Source: Raillietiella orientalis (Eukaryota). Taken from it: DNA of 64,000 bases. A program made the position numbers and the translations under genes. Every line of letters begins with the position of its first letter. Positions within the stretch are counted from its first letter, which is position 1. A model generated the notes under the pieces. The model was not told where the DNA came from. It made no database searches and was given only the letters and a program-made list of their open reading frames with translations. The DNA is taken from assembly GCA_036172245.1 (NCBI GenBank), contig JAYWIR010000016.1:434001-498000 (forward strand), read 5' to 3'. Of this stretch, positions 26,961-40,612 are shown piece after piece.

Positions 26961-29900
26961 TCCAAGCTGCGTTTGCTTCTCAGGATGCCCTGAGATTGTG
27001 GGTGGACCGCACCCGATGCCGGGTGCCCGATCCTGGAGGAAGCCGTTCCCGCTCGCTGGTGAAGAACTTCAGCTCTGAGCGCCCCGATGAAGCCTGCATA
27101 AGGACCCGAGAGTTCTCGACGATTCCACATCACAGCGCGGGCGCAAGAGGAAATCCTTAGGCCGAACCAGAGGCATGACGATCACGTGCCTCCTACAGCG
27201 CTGCCGGGCGCAGATGCCCTCCATGGTGAGGGGGAGCAGCACTCTCCCAAGTCTCCGAGCTGCCGCCTGAATCTTGAACGATGGGTTGTCGAGAAGGATC
27301 CAATAAATCCGCTTTCACTTTCGAGATGAGGTCCAGTTGTAGAACTCTTTAGACTGCGCGGGACTGCAGTGGCACTTGTTACGCGGCGCAGTCGTGGCAG
27401 TGATGACGACGGATGACGATGACGGTCCCACTGCGGTTGCAGAAAGCGCACAACCAGCCCGAGGCGCTCGCGTCCAGAGAACGAGAGTTACGCAAGTAAC
27501 GGGGTTACCGCCGCCCTGACACAGATGGTTCCGCAACCCTTCCGGGAGGATGGGAACCCCTTTCACATTCTTGCCCATTTGGCCGCCGACCGACCCGGAG
27601 CCCAGCTGGCGACCAATCGGTTTGGCCCTCGAATGCAGCCAGCAGGCCTTCCGGATCCCTATGAACAAAAAGACGCGGATGCAGGTAGGCGATCGAGAAA
27701 CGCACCCCTCAGCGAGCGCTTCCGGTTCGCATCCTCCCTCCTCCCCCTCCACTTCCGATTCCAGCTTCCAGAAACTCTGCCGAGAAAACCTCCTTGGATC
27801 CGCAAGAAGCCACGAGTGCCGGGATGATGGCAGGCTTCGTGCGCTGCTGGGAGGATGGGAGTGCTCACTTGGGGAGAGGCAGGAAAGAGCACCTACAGCA
27901 GCGAAGTACAAGGTCATCAGTTCTGCTTCGCTGACCAAGGGATTCAAACGGATTCGACTTTCTCACAAGGAAAAAAAAAAAACAAGGAGGTGGGACTCTT
28001 TTCTCGTCGCAGCCATCAGATACGTGTCGGGGCGCATCTCCAGGGCCGTCCGTCACATCTGTTGACGAGCCACTTGGCGTGCTTCATGCTCCCGGCTAGG
28101 AAATCTCTAAATCTCTAATCCTTTCTTGGATCGCAGGAAGGCTTGAACGAACAGCTGGTCTTCCTGGCGATGGGCCTTTCAAGATTTCCCACCTGCCTGG
28201 CTGAATGCGTGGAGGGGAATCTTCCAGCCTGACTTGGCATTCCGTTGCCCCTCCAGCGAGTTCACCCGTGAAAGGCACTTTCTCCGCTGACCAGGAGCTG
28301 CCAGGGATTTCGAAATTTCGGGAAGCTTCAATCCGTACCCTTCTTCAGCCTCCGAGCACATCTACAAGTGGGAACCCGCGACGCTTCGCTCGGGCGCCAC
28401 CTCACCAGCGTCCGTGCCTGTGTGCATGTTTTTTTTTTTAATTTTGCCTCCAGGGGTTTTTTTTCCTCCGTTTCAGAAGAGTCCCAATTTTTTTTCCTAT
28501 CTTGGGGACTATGGACGTCGGAAAGGACTCGAAGTTGGTCCATTTGGGAAAGCACTGTGAAAGGGAGATCCTGTGGTGGACAAGGGCTGGACGAACCCTG
28601 TGACTCCAAACACCGTCCCTCAGGAAGCAGCACAGTTCAAGCTCTTGAGGGGGAGACAGCTGTTTGGTACCTGGAGCATCGAAGAGGACTCTTCCTTGCA
28701 GTTTCCTTCTGCCCTCCATTCTGCCTTTCTCCGCTCTGCTTGCAGGACTTCGCGGGGTGCAGTTTCCTCGGCAACCACCGCCTAAGCTCAATCCCATTCG
28801 CTCTCATGATGTTTTGAAAGAACCGGCGCATCTCACCGCCCTGAAATGGCCTTCGATCTTCGCAATTCAGGGAACCACTGCCGTTCCCTGAATTGAGGAT
28901 TTCCAAGGATAGTGGGGACACTACCGCATGCTCCTCCTGGACGCGAGAGGTCGCGTCAGCGATGGAAGCGCTTTGCAGGGGCACTTCAGCTGCCCGATGC
29001 TGCCCCACAGGACTCCTTAAAGGAACTCTCACTAATCCAGGGCTGCCCTGGGGGTCTCACCACGGCCTCCTGAGAGTAACCAAGAAAGAAGAGCAGTGCG
29101 GGATCACAGGAACGCTCGTGCACGTGCTTCGGGAATGCTTCAGGCTACGGCAGGAACAGACCTGCATGTCATGGGCACCTCGGGTTTCCTTGGGACCCCG
29201 TCACGCGGATACTCTGCTTCTTCGAGCTCTCCAGCTGCCTCTCTTCCAGGGGTTTCGATGCAATGCCATCCCGCCTACCCCGGTGTCCCTCGGCAGCGTT
29301 AGCAGGAAGCGCGCGCGTTCCCGGCGTTTGTCGAGGCGCGGGGAATGGGGAACTGACGCAACTCCAGGCTTTCCCAATCGGCGGTGACCGACCCATGCCA
29401 TGACGCAGCTCAGCCTCGGAACCCGCGCAGTTCGCAGGGTCGCCGCGCAGAGGCGCGCTTGTTGGTTGCACGTCGGGAGGCGGGTGCTTGTTGCAAGAGA
29501 CCGTTTCCGCCCTCGGAGCGCTTTCTCGCGTCGCGTCCGCCTGTCGATCTCTCCCGAAAAATGTCCACGAGAGGCGATGCAGCGGGAGCAGGAGGTACCC
29601 CCTTCTCCCTCAACCTCCCAACTCGCCCGCAGCGTCGTTCAGCGGAGCATGGAGATTCGGGATCGCAGGACACGGTGATGGAGCTCGCGGATTCCCGGCC
29701 AGGCACCTCCGCAGCCCTCAAAAGGTCGCCGAAGGTCACGCGCGTACGCCCATATCACGTTCGGATGCAGCGTCTGTGAGAACGCCAAAACGGAAGCAGG
29801 CCATGGGCGTCATCTCGAAGGGCCAGCCCATCGCAACCTCCGTCCTCTCGCTCGAAGTGCTGGAACTGGGATGTGAGATGAAAGGGGATGTTTCGATGCT

Positions 29901-30000
29901 TCTGCGGACCGACTGGGTTGTCGCCGGTGACGGTATCCTTGTTCTTCTGCCCCGCCCACCCAATGCGGTCCCTCAGGAACCGTGCCATGTGATCCATCCC
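26960..30000 (-). mobile_element. Decayed Gypsy pol (RT - RNase H - integrase) remnant
   Basis: In order on the minus strand: KPGVASVP.., RVPLRSP (R.PFG), LNCEDRRPF..FFQNIMRANGI (LN..KC.F..FLGH.I..GI), SEASRV (DAS), ISKSLA, TLVLWT, SSTTGPHLES (SDNGPQF.S). Confidence 0.55.
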
Positions 30001-30899
30001 GCTCTTCCCCCCGTTCCCTGCTCTTCCGTTTGCCGCCCCTCTTCACCCTCCACTGTTGCCCTGGTTTCCGTCCGCAGCGAAACGCTGGTTCTAAACTCGG
30101 AGCGAGAAGGGAGGGGAGGGACTCCTGCCCGAGGATTTCAGTCGGAGCGGCGGTCCGAGGTGGAAAACCAGCGACAGAGAGCTCTGGGACCTGAGTCCGG
30201 GTCCAAGCAGCAACCCCGCTGCCCGAAGGTTTTGGATTGAGTGTTCGCTTTGATCGTGCCGCATGGTTGCTGGACCACGCGAATGTAGGAGCGGGTGTCG
30301 AACTTGGACGGCGAATCCTGAGCGGGACGAACGAGTTAACCCCCCACTGGAGCCACTCGGGGACACGATGAAGGAGCTGTAGTCGCTGGGGAGAGGGAGA
30401 AATTCCCTCTCCCTGTTTCTTTCCACTCACTCCCAAACCTCGTAAAAATTTCACTTATCCGTTTCTGCGCAGGTGGTTCGGCTACCCGGGATGAAGAGGT
30501 CACGCCTTTCTTATCAAAGCCTTTATTATCAAAGAAGAAGCAGAAACATGAAGGAGGAGAGGGGGAGGGGGAACGAAGTCCGATGCGAGCATCGATCCGA
30601 GTCCAGAGGTATGGAGAATAATGCGGAGGGGACAATGAGCAAACGAGGATAAATATAATAGGGGTGGTGGTCGTAGTAGTGGTCACCACGCTGCAGTCCT
30701 TCTAAAGCTCGGTCCTCACAGGGTGCAGGTGGTGATCTGTATTGGCGTCTTAGCGGAAGTCGTCTCTGAATCATCCGTTGGCATGAGGGTGGTGGGATGT
30801 CTAGGAGGATGGTCTTCCCCTTCAAGAAGTCTCAGTGTGAGGAGGAGTGCACCTCGATGCCGCAGCCGAAGGTCAGGAGATCCTCCACAGATCAGATGA

Positions 30900-33470
30900 C
30901 AGTGCACCTCTGGCGAAGAAGCGCCTCACAGCGTCCTTGGGATGTTATCAGGATGGGAGAGAGCTCTCTCCGCACGCTACTGACCCAAGAGGAGGGCCGC
31001 AACTGGATAGGAAGGCACTGGACGGAATTTCCCAGATCCGAACCCCCAGCTCTCGGAGGAAGTGAGCTCCCACGCTCCGGGAGAGCTCTCTTTCCCTCTC
31101 CCCCATGTCTCAGTTGGCGCGGTGCTCCCATTGCCCTTCCTGGAGACAGTGCGTCAGGGATAATGAGCAGGAAGAGCCGTGCGGTTCCTCGGTCGATTTT
31201 GAGTCAGGGCGCTCCCCTGGAGAGACATCCCTCGGGTCGGACTCGGGCTGGATTCCATCCCTGGCTCGAAAGAGCCAGCGTCCCGGGAGAGCCGACCGCA
31301 GGTGGCGCCGTGCACGCTGCGGTGCGTCGGTTTCACCACGGCAGTCGATCTTTTTGTCTTCTCCTCAAGCTCGAAGTGACCCTTGCGGGCAGAGAGCCCG
31401 TCGCATTTGCAGCAGGAGACTGGCCTCCAGCCCTTCCCAGACCCAGGATCGGAAGTGCGGAGCTGGACTGCGTTCCAGGCGCTACGAAAGAGGGAGGGTA
31501 GAGGATCGTCTCTCTTCTTCTCCTGAGGAGGGACGCCGGAATGCCGCCGGTGGGCTCCCCAAAGGAATTCCTGTAGGAGTGCTGGATGTCTCGCGAGAGC
31601 GCAGATCTCCCGAGACAGCGCATTCCGATGAGCGGCACGGCCAGGACACCCGCCGGGCATGCTGTCCTGGTCATCGGGCAGATTAAGCGGTTCCACGGAG
31701 CAACAATCCCCTCCACATTGGGAGAACGCGACTCCGTTCTCCAGAAACATGTATCAGGAGCAGTCCCAGCATCCCGAAAGCTTCGCCAGCGTCTCATCAG
31801 CGGCGGAACGTGAATGCGAAAGCTGCAGGGGAGCGTCCCACGGCATTCGGCTGTACCCGCGCTGACTCAAAAGATCATCCCACTGCACCGTTCAGATTTC
31901 TCTCCCAGGCCACCCGCCCCTCTGGAATTCAAGTGGGATGAGAAGTGCGACCTAGCAACGCAGCATCGGGGAATGTCTTAAAGGAAATTCTCGTGGCAGC
32001 CACGTGGCGAAGGGGGAGGGAGACACACTCGAACCACAGGAGGTTCGAACCCGGTTACGCCAGGACGTTTATTTGGAAAAGTTACAGGGGAAAAGCATTC
32101 ACTCCAGAAACAAGAAATGCCAACCCAAGTTCATCTGGGATAACCGCGGGCACGCAGGCCAGCTTCCAAAGAGTAGGGAACGGAGGAAGGTGACAATAAA
32201 CAAATAAAAAAAGGCGAGAGGATGGGGAAAAGGGTCCTTGGCATGAGACGTTCCTTTCCTTCTAGAAGCGGTTCTGGACGATGGCGATCTCTCTGGCAAC
32301 TTCTTCTGACAGATGAGGTCACCATGCTGCTGTCCTCGTGAGGGCTGCTGCCATGCTGGTGGCCTCTCTTCGCTGCGAACCTGACTCCCACACATGGCGG
32401 GCTGTCACCGTGTGCCGATTGCAACCGATTGCTGCGATCACAGAGCCCTCCTTCAGTCCCCTTTCTGTGAAGAATCGTCACAGCAAGTCCGTTGCAATAT
32501 CCAGTGATCCACTGAACGCCGGAGCGAGTCTCCACCACAAGTCCTCGAGGGCATTGCAGTCCAACATCCTGGAACAGTTCGAAGAGGAAACTTTCCCGGA
32601 AACCAGGCACCTGCACGGGTCGCACCGGCAATTTCCAGTGCAGAAACAGCCGAACATCTCTGTTTCCACCGTGGCGGGAACACGGAGGTGTCCACACACA
32701 GGGACGGGACCACGAGTTCTTCGGGAGGTACATCAAGCAGGTCAATACACAGAAGGAGTCCCTATTCACGGAAACGAGGAGTGGAGGCGTTCATCAGCTC
32801 GCTCTTCTTGCAGCCGACCAGGCGCTTATCAACTGCCATTTTGCAGGGGAACTCCCATCCCACCGGTTGGCTGCTGTCATTGCTTGCCCTGAGGGCAGAC
32901 AGCATTGCGGCAAGGGGTGTGACGGCTATCCGGGACCGCTGCTTCCAATACTGCAAGAGATCTACCAGCGATGGTAGACTCTGCAGCGGTTGCAGCTCCT
33001 CTGGTTGCACTTCCAAAGCTGCCATCCACAGGGGGTGGCGGCGAAATCTCCGCGCGCGCTTCCGCCAATCCAAGTCCCAAGTTCCCTTCCCCACGACGAG
33101 CGGGAGGACGTGGCTATCAACATCTAAGGAGCCGATGTTGTTCTTGTGGAGCTGGAGAGCTCCTGCTCGGAACGGAGATGCAGTTCCCCCTCCTGAGGAG
33201 CTGCTCGGACAATGAGGACTCCGGAAGCCCAGAGTTCCGCATTTGGGACTCTTCCTCCAGCTGGAGCTCGCAGATCTCTTCGCGCCTCCTTTGGCAGTTG
33301 GCGCAGTGCCTTCGCACATCCGAAAATTTGGCCAGGCGTCCGAACGCATCCAGCAGGAGAGAGAAGAACCCACCGTCGAATTCCCTGAAGAAGTATCCAG
33401 GCCGGAAGGGCTCGGGGAGTCGAGACCGAGACATCGAGGAAGGTCGCAGCCGCAGGGCGTTCTGCATCGT
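30900..33470 (-). mobile_element. Decayed Gypsy-like element: gag start and integrase, no RT recognisable
   Basis: MSRSRLPEPFRPG gag-like start near 33435; ETLAKL..FLENGVAFS (DNG..F); HSYRNSFGEPTGGIPASLLRRR (YRN..TG..PA.LL..R); RQKD..NRR..VGSP..GWNPARV. Confidence 0.5.
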
Positions 33471-33681
33471 CCGTGCCCGCGAGTTCAAAAACTTGGGGAG
33501 CGGAGCGTCAGGCGTGGTTGCAGGGCGTACGGAAGCGTGCACGCAGAGGGCGACACACGCGGACGCGCATGTGCGCACGGACCGACCTCGCCATGTCGCT
33601 TGCGCACGTGTGCCGTGCTGCAGATCGGAGACCGCTTGGCGACCCACTCGCAGCCCGCGAAGGCGGAAGAAAAGCTCCCCG

Positions 33682-34505
33682 TTCGTGTTGTTCGACGAGT
33701 CGGAGATGATGCTGATCAACGGCTGCCAGCTCCACTACAGGAAGAGCGAGCACAACACATAGACTTGGACGACGTCGCCTTTCATGCACCGGGAAAAACA
33801 CGAATTACATCCTGCAGGACCTGGATGCCAACACACCAACTGCGAAGTGGACATTGCGTTCCTGCCCCTCCGCAGCCAGGCGACCGATCTCATGTAGCTG
33901 CCCCTCTCCATGTTAGAACCGTTTCAATTTTGAGCTGTCTGGAGGCTCCCCAAGTCATGCACGCTCTGATGGAGGTCCACCGGTCCGGGGCTCCAGCGCC
34001 TCACAAAAAACGCGTCCACGTATTCGGCGTGCACTACATGACCTCGAACCAGAACGGGGTGCAGAGTAGCCTCATACTCCCCAAGGAGAGCAAGATGGAT
34101 TTGGCTCCTATGATCGTCAAGAACCACGTCTCCAACACCAAGTGCCAGATTTGGCTGGAAGCCTTCCTGACAAACGGGAAGGTCCACATGCCCTGGAAGC
34201 GAAGACGAAAGCAGGAACGCCTCCCGTCGACCGCTCCCGTGCAGAGGATTTCTGATCGTAAGGACGAGGACTTCGGATCCTATCATGTGGCCTTTGTCAT
34301 CGTAGTCATCCTGGCGACGCTTTTAGCTTTGGTCCTGGTGGCCGTCGCCGGGCAAATGATGTACCGCTGAAGGCGGATCTCCCTTCCCACCATGACCCAC
34401 GAGAACCCTGCTTACAAGTCTCGGGAACCTAAAACGAACGGGAAGAGCTGCATCAGAACTGTCGAGCCTTGCGTGCTCCAACGAGCGGCCAGTCGCCTCT
34501 CCTAA
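33682..34505 (+). pseudogene. sas: Intronless pseudogene fragment of a stranded-at-second (sas)-like epidermal cell surface receptor: two FN3 domains, TM, NPxY tail
   Basis: Pieces in shifting frames: FVLFDESEMMLINGCQLHYRK*..TTSPFMHR / NTNYILQDLDANT / EVDIAFLPLRSQATDL / MEVHRSGAPAPHKKRVHVFGVHY..IWLEAFLTNGKV..YHVAFVIVVILATLLALVLVAVA. In-frame TGA at 34368-34370, then ENPAYK (34401-34418) and TAA at 34503-34505. The motifs match the Sas C-terminal FN3 repeats and NPxY as I recall them; stops and frameshifts are present. Confidence 0.75.
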
Positions 34506-34809
34506 GTTTTACAGGAGCCGATCTCGAGCCCGGAGCCAGAACGCCGTGGCAGCTTCGCCTTGTACCAAATGTCGGAACCTGCGGTAGTGAGCAGGATTTC
34601 TATCGCAACGACCATTCATCAGTAGGATAAAGCGACGTCGCTACGAACGCTTGGCTGCCACAAGCCAGTTATCCCTGTGGGGCAGAGGTCCTCCGTCGGA
34701 AATTTTTGAGAAGCACGTGGACAGCTCGCGGGCCAAAAGGCTGCAGCACAACGGGGATTGACTTCACTCGGCCCCAGAGGAAGGTCAGTGATGGGGATGA
34801 TCTCTTGCA

Positions 34810-35400
34810 TAATCGCCAAATCCAGGAAGGGCTCCGGAGAAGGGAGTTCTGTTCCTCTAATGCCTGGGATCCATCCTGGTTGTCTCCGAAGGGAATCCCA
34901 AAGGGAATCTCCTTCCTTATTCTCTCCAGAGGGGTTTCTGAAAGGGGTCTGCTCCATTTTTCTTCTCCGAAGGAAACCCGCAAAGGAACTGCTCCTGTTT
35001 ACTCCTCTGAAGAGAACCTTGAAGGGGCGCTTCCGAAATTTCTCAGAAGGGCATCCCCGAAGGGAACGGCACGCTTCTCTGCACTCTCTGGAGAGGCATC
35101 ATCAATCCACCAACCCCATCTTACGAAACGGAAGGGGTCCGATCCATTGTACAACTGGAGGGGAACCTCGAAGGGAATCAGACTCCTTGATTCAGGTCCT
35201 GGAGAGACCCTGGAGGGTCAAATCCCAATCCTGGCCACTCATCGGGGTCATCCAGTTTGAACCGCCACCGGTGTTGCATCCGAATAGAGGTCAACTAGCG
35301 TCATCTTGCCGGATGAACTCGAACCTACGACTCACCCCCACTCTTGGAGTTGATTCTTCCCGAGTATTCGAACTTGAGACGCTGCAGGCCACGCTGCAAC
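34810..35400 (-). mobile_element. tRNA-derived SINE family copy 6 (partial)
   Basis: Shared body motifs (aatccaggaaggg, cactctctggagaggcatcatcaatccacc, caactagcgtcatcttg); decayed B-box at ~35363. Confidence 0.65.
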
Positions 35401-35499
35401 TTTTCCCAGGTCCGGCGTTCCAAGAGCTCATCGAGCTAGCTGACCAGGTCAGTCTGTCTCATATACTTCATCTCGAAACTTCCTCACTCATCTCCTCAC

Positions 35500-37850
35500 C
35501 ATCCTTTTGCGGAGTTCCAGAGCGAAGAGGTCAGCCTTCGTTTCCCAAAGGAAGGCAACAGAGCTCAGCACGCCTCAGTGCCTTCGGGTAGCTCTGCGGA
35601 AGAATCCGCAGTGCCTTTGAATCTCCGCGTTTTTCATCACGCGCTGAGGTGTCCTTCGGCGCCAAAGCGCACTCAGCGGAAGGTGGGTAGGCCGCTTGCC
35701 GGCACATGTCCTGGACCCACACGCTGGAAGGTGCTCTTGCTTCAGGATGCTGCTCGGCAGCCATGGCGCTTGATGGGTGTCGTATTCTGCTGAAACGAGT
35801 CGTCCCCATCCTCGAGAGGGTCGCCTGAGATGCCGTTCGTTGTCCTCGCGACCGTGCAGCCCCGACTCGTCCCTCGCTCGGGCAGAATGTTCAGGATTCT
35901 GCACATCTTTCGGGTCTCTGCGGAAAGGGGTGAATGTTCTCCGCGTGGTCTGCTCACCTGAGGACTTCTCGCACCAACTCTTCTCAGGCATCTTTACCTT
36001 CCCGCTCTCCAGCACTCGCGGTGCATCATTCGAAATGGTGCTGTGGGTGGCTTCACTGTTGTCATGAACTCATCCTCATCTGCCTTCCACCCACCGCTTC
36101 CGCACACCCGCGAAGAGGGGACGACTCCTCTCCAAGTGGCGAGGAGTGAAAACTGGAGGAAGGAGATGGGAGAGGGGTGGGTGTGAGGGTGAGGAAGAGC
36201 TGCCCATAGAGCGGAAATCCACAAGTCCAAGTCTCCTTCGAAGCAACCAACTCGCTCCGACTGGCGTCGACTGAATGGATCAAGGATTCACCCCCACGGA
36301 TGGTCGTGCCACCTTCTGCCGTAAGGGACGCTCCACGTGCTCCCCGTCGCACGAGAATCCCAAACAGCTTTCCGATCCCGACAAGCTGCTGCTCCCGTAC
36401 TTGACCTAAGTGGAAACGAGAGGCACAGCGGCTGAAGCGTATCCTTCCTCCCACCTCCAAGGGGCCGCCGGACCTGTCTCAGTCGCTGTCTACAGAACTC
36501 TGGAGGCATTCAGGGATGGTGACCAACGTTTAGGAGTCATCCAAGGCAGCTTAGTGACCGCAGACGGCGTGAAAGGCGGATGAAGATTTTTGGCTTCGGG
36601 TGGGTGGCATGGGAGGCGTCCTCATCATCGGAAATGTCCGCAGACAGACTGACGGATGCTTTGGGGAACCTAGAGAGCCATTCCTGTGACCCTAATGGTG
36701 AGGGAGACTCGAACTGTGAGCACACTTCCTCCCTAGCACAAAAAGCAGTAGGGAAGATGTGAGCAGCTCCTGCAGCAAAGTGGATTCCAGGCCAGTACCT
36801 CGTCACCGAACGGATGGTCGAAGAGGAGAGTCTGGGGAAAAGCAAGGGAAGAAACAGAGAGCAGCAAGATCCCAGAGGGTGACGACGAGTTGGCGCCCAC
36901 AGACGCATCCTCCGAGGTATCCAGAGGGCGGATGGGTGGGCTACCGAGAGATTATAATGGGCCGTGTTCGTCACAGCGACACCTCATTGCTCTCGTCTCC
37001 TGAGAAAGAATGGTCTTTCTGACCTAAGTCTCTCCAGGAACCACGGACACTGGGAAAGGGGGAGAGAATAACCCGCAAGGCACGGGGTGCCCCGAGAGCA
37101 GCCGCAGGCGTGCGCGCGTCTGCACTGCCACGTCTGAAGTCCAGGAGGGTCGCTGATGGCTATCTAAGGGCAGAGCCGGCGTGCGCCAAGAGAACGAAGA
37201 CAATTAGGAGGTTCGTCTGCTCCCTTGGTGCTTCAGGTCCAGGACCGCCACCTCCGCTGGAGACAAGGACGCGCTGCAGCTATGGCGAGAGTGGAAGCGG
37301 AGGATTGGAAGAAGTCGACGGAAGCCCGCAGGTCTTAGTCTCAGTGGCCTCACCACCCAGTAGCATGGCTTCCTTCCTATGCAGAGACCATGAACCAAGC
37401 GAGAGGACTCCTTACCATTTCCTCAGCGGTTCCTGAAGCGGCAGTGGCGTCTACCCCACTGTCATGATCTCCCTTCTGCTTTCTTCGAAAAACCCAGGCC
37501 TGACGGGATGTCTGGATGGCTGCTGTTTAGCAGCCATCATCAGATACCAAAGCCTACGAGTACTTCCGGAGTCCAGAGAGAAAAAACCTGCTTCAGAATG
37601 GGTCACATGGACGCACTGGGCTCGTCCCTCCTCCGTCCTGACAACGGGGGGACAGTGGAAATGCTCATGATGGCCACAGAGAGCAGCGGGAAGATCCTGG
37701 GAGGCGAGGTCACAGAAGGAAGATCCCCTGGCGACGTCGGAGGCAGCCAGTGGGTGTCAGGAGAGAATTCGGGACTCTTCGCAGCAAGAGATCCCTACCG
37801 CCGAGTCTACAGACTGTGATCTTCCTCCTCTCTAGCTCCTTTGCGCCTCT
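35500..37850 (+). mobile_element. Decayed Gypsy gag-pol remnant
   Basis: DGRATFC..NSFPIP, VLDLSG, TSKG..LQNSGGIQ (RT); FLCRDHEP (TDHKP); GWLLF..IPK..MGHM (integrase Zn region). Confidence 0.5.
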
Positions 37851-38069
37851 CGCGGGCTGATGAATCCTACCGGTGACCCATGTCCTGGTCTCTCATCCTG
37901 GAGATCCTTCAGGAAGAAGGATTGCGACTGCGTCTCTCTTCGAGACCACGAGAAGGGGCCTCAGTGGCATTCTGGCTTTCGGGAACTTTTTTAGAATTCT
38001 AAGGATCTCCAAGGGGGGGGGGAAAAAACCCTTCTGGCTCCACGCGACCTCATCCCGTCCGTCCTTCCT

Positions 38070-39850
38070 CTTTATAATCATGGACAATTCAAGGACCGCT
38101 GTGCTGGTGATTGGCCGACAACCCTCCCTTTGTTCCAGGAGGTGCAGACGCAGAGTGGGCCATCAGAAAAGCGAGGAAAGGGATCCTCCATTACTTCCCT
38201 CGCTTTTTCGGGGAGGAAGGGGAAAACAGACCGGATTTTTCTTGCTGCATCTGTACGGGATGCATCTGGAAGCATCCCGATTCCTCCTTGTATGCAGAGC
38301 GATATGCAGGGGTGAATTCCTCCCTTGGTTTTGACAAGGAAAAGATGGTGATGGTGGTGGTCACAGGCAATGGAAGAATGAGGCTGAAAAAGTTTGGGAA
38401 GTTTCGCCAGCCGAGACTCGCCACTGCGTGTTGCCCTCTTCGCAGACGGCAACACTTAGGCTGCGGATCCCCCACAACGCCGCCGAACCAGTCGAAAACA
38501 CCGTACTGCAGACTCTACCTATCTGGCACTCCCCAGCCAGCGGTGGAGCTTCCGGCGGTGTGATCGACTTTCCCCCGACTCCTCTCGTGTTTGCGCGCCG
38601 ACAGGTGTTTGCGCGTGTTTTTTTGCCGGAGTTGCTTAGCTTCTGACCCCCCTTTCCCGCGGGAGCGCCCAGCTCTCCTTCCTGCACGTCCTTCCGATCT
38701 TTCGAACGTGCTCCGTGGACGAGGGTGCGTTCTCTCGAAGCTTCCATCGGGCGCACCGTCTCGCCGCTGTATCTCTTCGATCCTGCAAGTCCGCTCTATG
38801 GCTGTGACGATCCTTGTCCGGCATCGCCATTTTTTCGTCCGGATCATTTCGAAGGTTTGGTGTCTTCGGAATGCGGGCGGAGACAAAAGGGTTCAACGGG
38901 ACCCCCTCCAAGAGACCTTCGGTTCCTCTGATCTTTCGTGTCCTGTCGCCGGGACGCAAACAGCCACGCTGGGGGTGTCGGCAGGGTCCAGAGCTGCCTT
39001 GGATTCTTCGGACATGTTTGGGGAAGGTGCGGCGTTGCCAGCAGAAGCCAATGCACCTGAGCCATCAACTCTCGGCGTCTACCTCCTCCCCGCAAAGGAA
39101 AGACCAGCAGCAAATGGCACACTTTGGCTTCTCTTGGGCAACGCCCTCATTCTGGAGAGTGTTCCACCCTCCTAATACACTGGATTTACTGCCTCTGCGA
39201 GGGTTTGGGCACTCTCAGGACCGCGAGCTGTTTTCCTCGTCAAGAAGGGTCTTCTCCTCCTCATTGCTCCGAAGGTGCGCACCAAAATACTTGGCGCGAA
39301 GCCTTCAAAAGATGGAAAGATCAGCCCACCCTTCATGGAGATGCACACTACGCAATGCAGTCCTCCTCTTTTAGACTGCGAACGATAGATTTTTTAAACA
39401 AGCGCTTCCTGTGCGAATGGGTGTGCCCCACGTTTCCTCGGTCCGACGCGCCAGATGGGAAAGTGGGATCTGGCTCCCGGATCCGCTTACGAACTGAGCG
39501 TCCCTTCCAGGCAACCCGGCGACGTTGCCGCATCTTGAAGCACTCCAAGTGGCCTTCTGTCCGACTCCCCGATCGCAATCCCGCACGCTGCGCAGGAACA
39601 GCGGCGACCTGCCATGCGACGGCGTCGCAGCAGCAGCTACCAGAAGGCCACGCAAATCATCTCCTCTACGCTAAGGAAGGTGGCGAACTGGTCCAACCCC
39701 AGGCAGGGAGGAGGACGCGCGTAGATGCAGTTCCCTGGAAACGGGTGATCCGTGCTACCCATCCCCTCTCTGCCAGGCACGTCAAGTACCACGTAGGATC
39801 AGGTTCCCCACTTTATTTCCGACAAATCTACTCCAAGGGGTGAATGGTGT
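38070..39850 (+). mobile_element. Possible THAP-domain / P-element-type transposase remnant
   Basis: FVPGG..RKGILHYFPR..IWKHPDSSLYAERY resembles THAP (C.VPGC..FH.FP..W.P..S.LCS.HF); downstream HANHLL resembles P-transposase LANHAL. Confidence 0.35.
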
Positions 39851-40612
39851 AAACGTTTCCCCGACTGGATCAAATCAGGTTAGGTTATGGGCCCCACGTT
39901 GCGTAGGTTAGGGAATATATAGCAGGTTTGCTTATTTGTGGATCCAAATCGTGTCGGTCCCCATTTTAAGGATTCGAGGCGAGCTATTCTTTACGGAACC
40001 TCTGTAAAAAAAAAAAAAGAAAGAAAGAAAGAATGAAAAGCAAAAAACAAATTTCGACATGTGTGTTTCTTTTTTTTTAAGGTCAAACTTTATTCTGAAG
40101 GGCAGCCATCGATCGCAGTCTTCCGACAATCATTTTTCACTACCAATTTACTGGGCCACCGTTCTTCGTAACGACGAGATCGGTCAACACGCACAGCGTG
40201 AAGCACATGTGTTTACGGAGGTCGCGTGTTGGGCTCACAAAAATGCGCACGAAAACCGCCAGCGGCATAAATACAGAGACGGTAGTTCCAACGGTGCTCC
40301 AAGAAAAAAAAAACAAACTTCCTGCGGAAAAATGGGTCGGCTCCACGTGTTTCTTCTGCCGCCCGTTCCTTTGCGTCTCTTTGTGCTGGCGCTCTTAAGA
40401 CAAAGTGCTTGACGCCGCTACAGAAATTCCCTGCCGACGATCTGCTGCGCGCCTTGCTTGCGGCGAATTTCCTGGATGACTTTCCATCCCTCTGTGGACG
40501 GTATCACGAAACGGGAACTGCGGCTACGAGGCAGCTGGGTCGTCATTCTCTCGGCTGCGCCCACCTACCTGACGTGTCGAACACCTTCGCGGACTTCTCC
40601 GGAGCGCCTTGA

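Noticed and set aside
33243..34370. 375-aa ORF as an intact gene, with stop-codon readthrough of TGA 34368 to reach NPAY
   Set aside because: The N-terminal part is antisense gag or off-frame Sas sequence; upstream frameshifts and stops show a pseudogene, so the TGA is most simply another lesion
39877..39913. TTAGG telomere-like repeats
   Set aside because: Only two or three imperfect units; not an array
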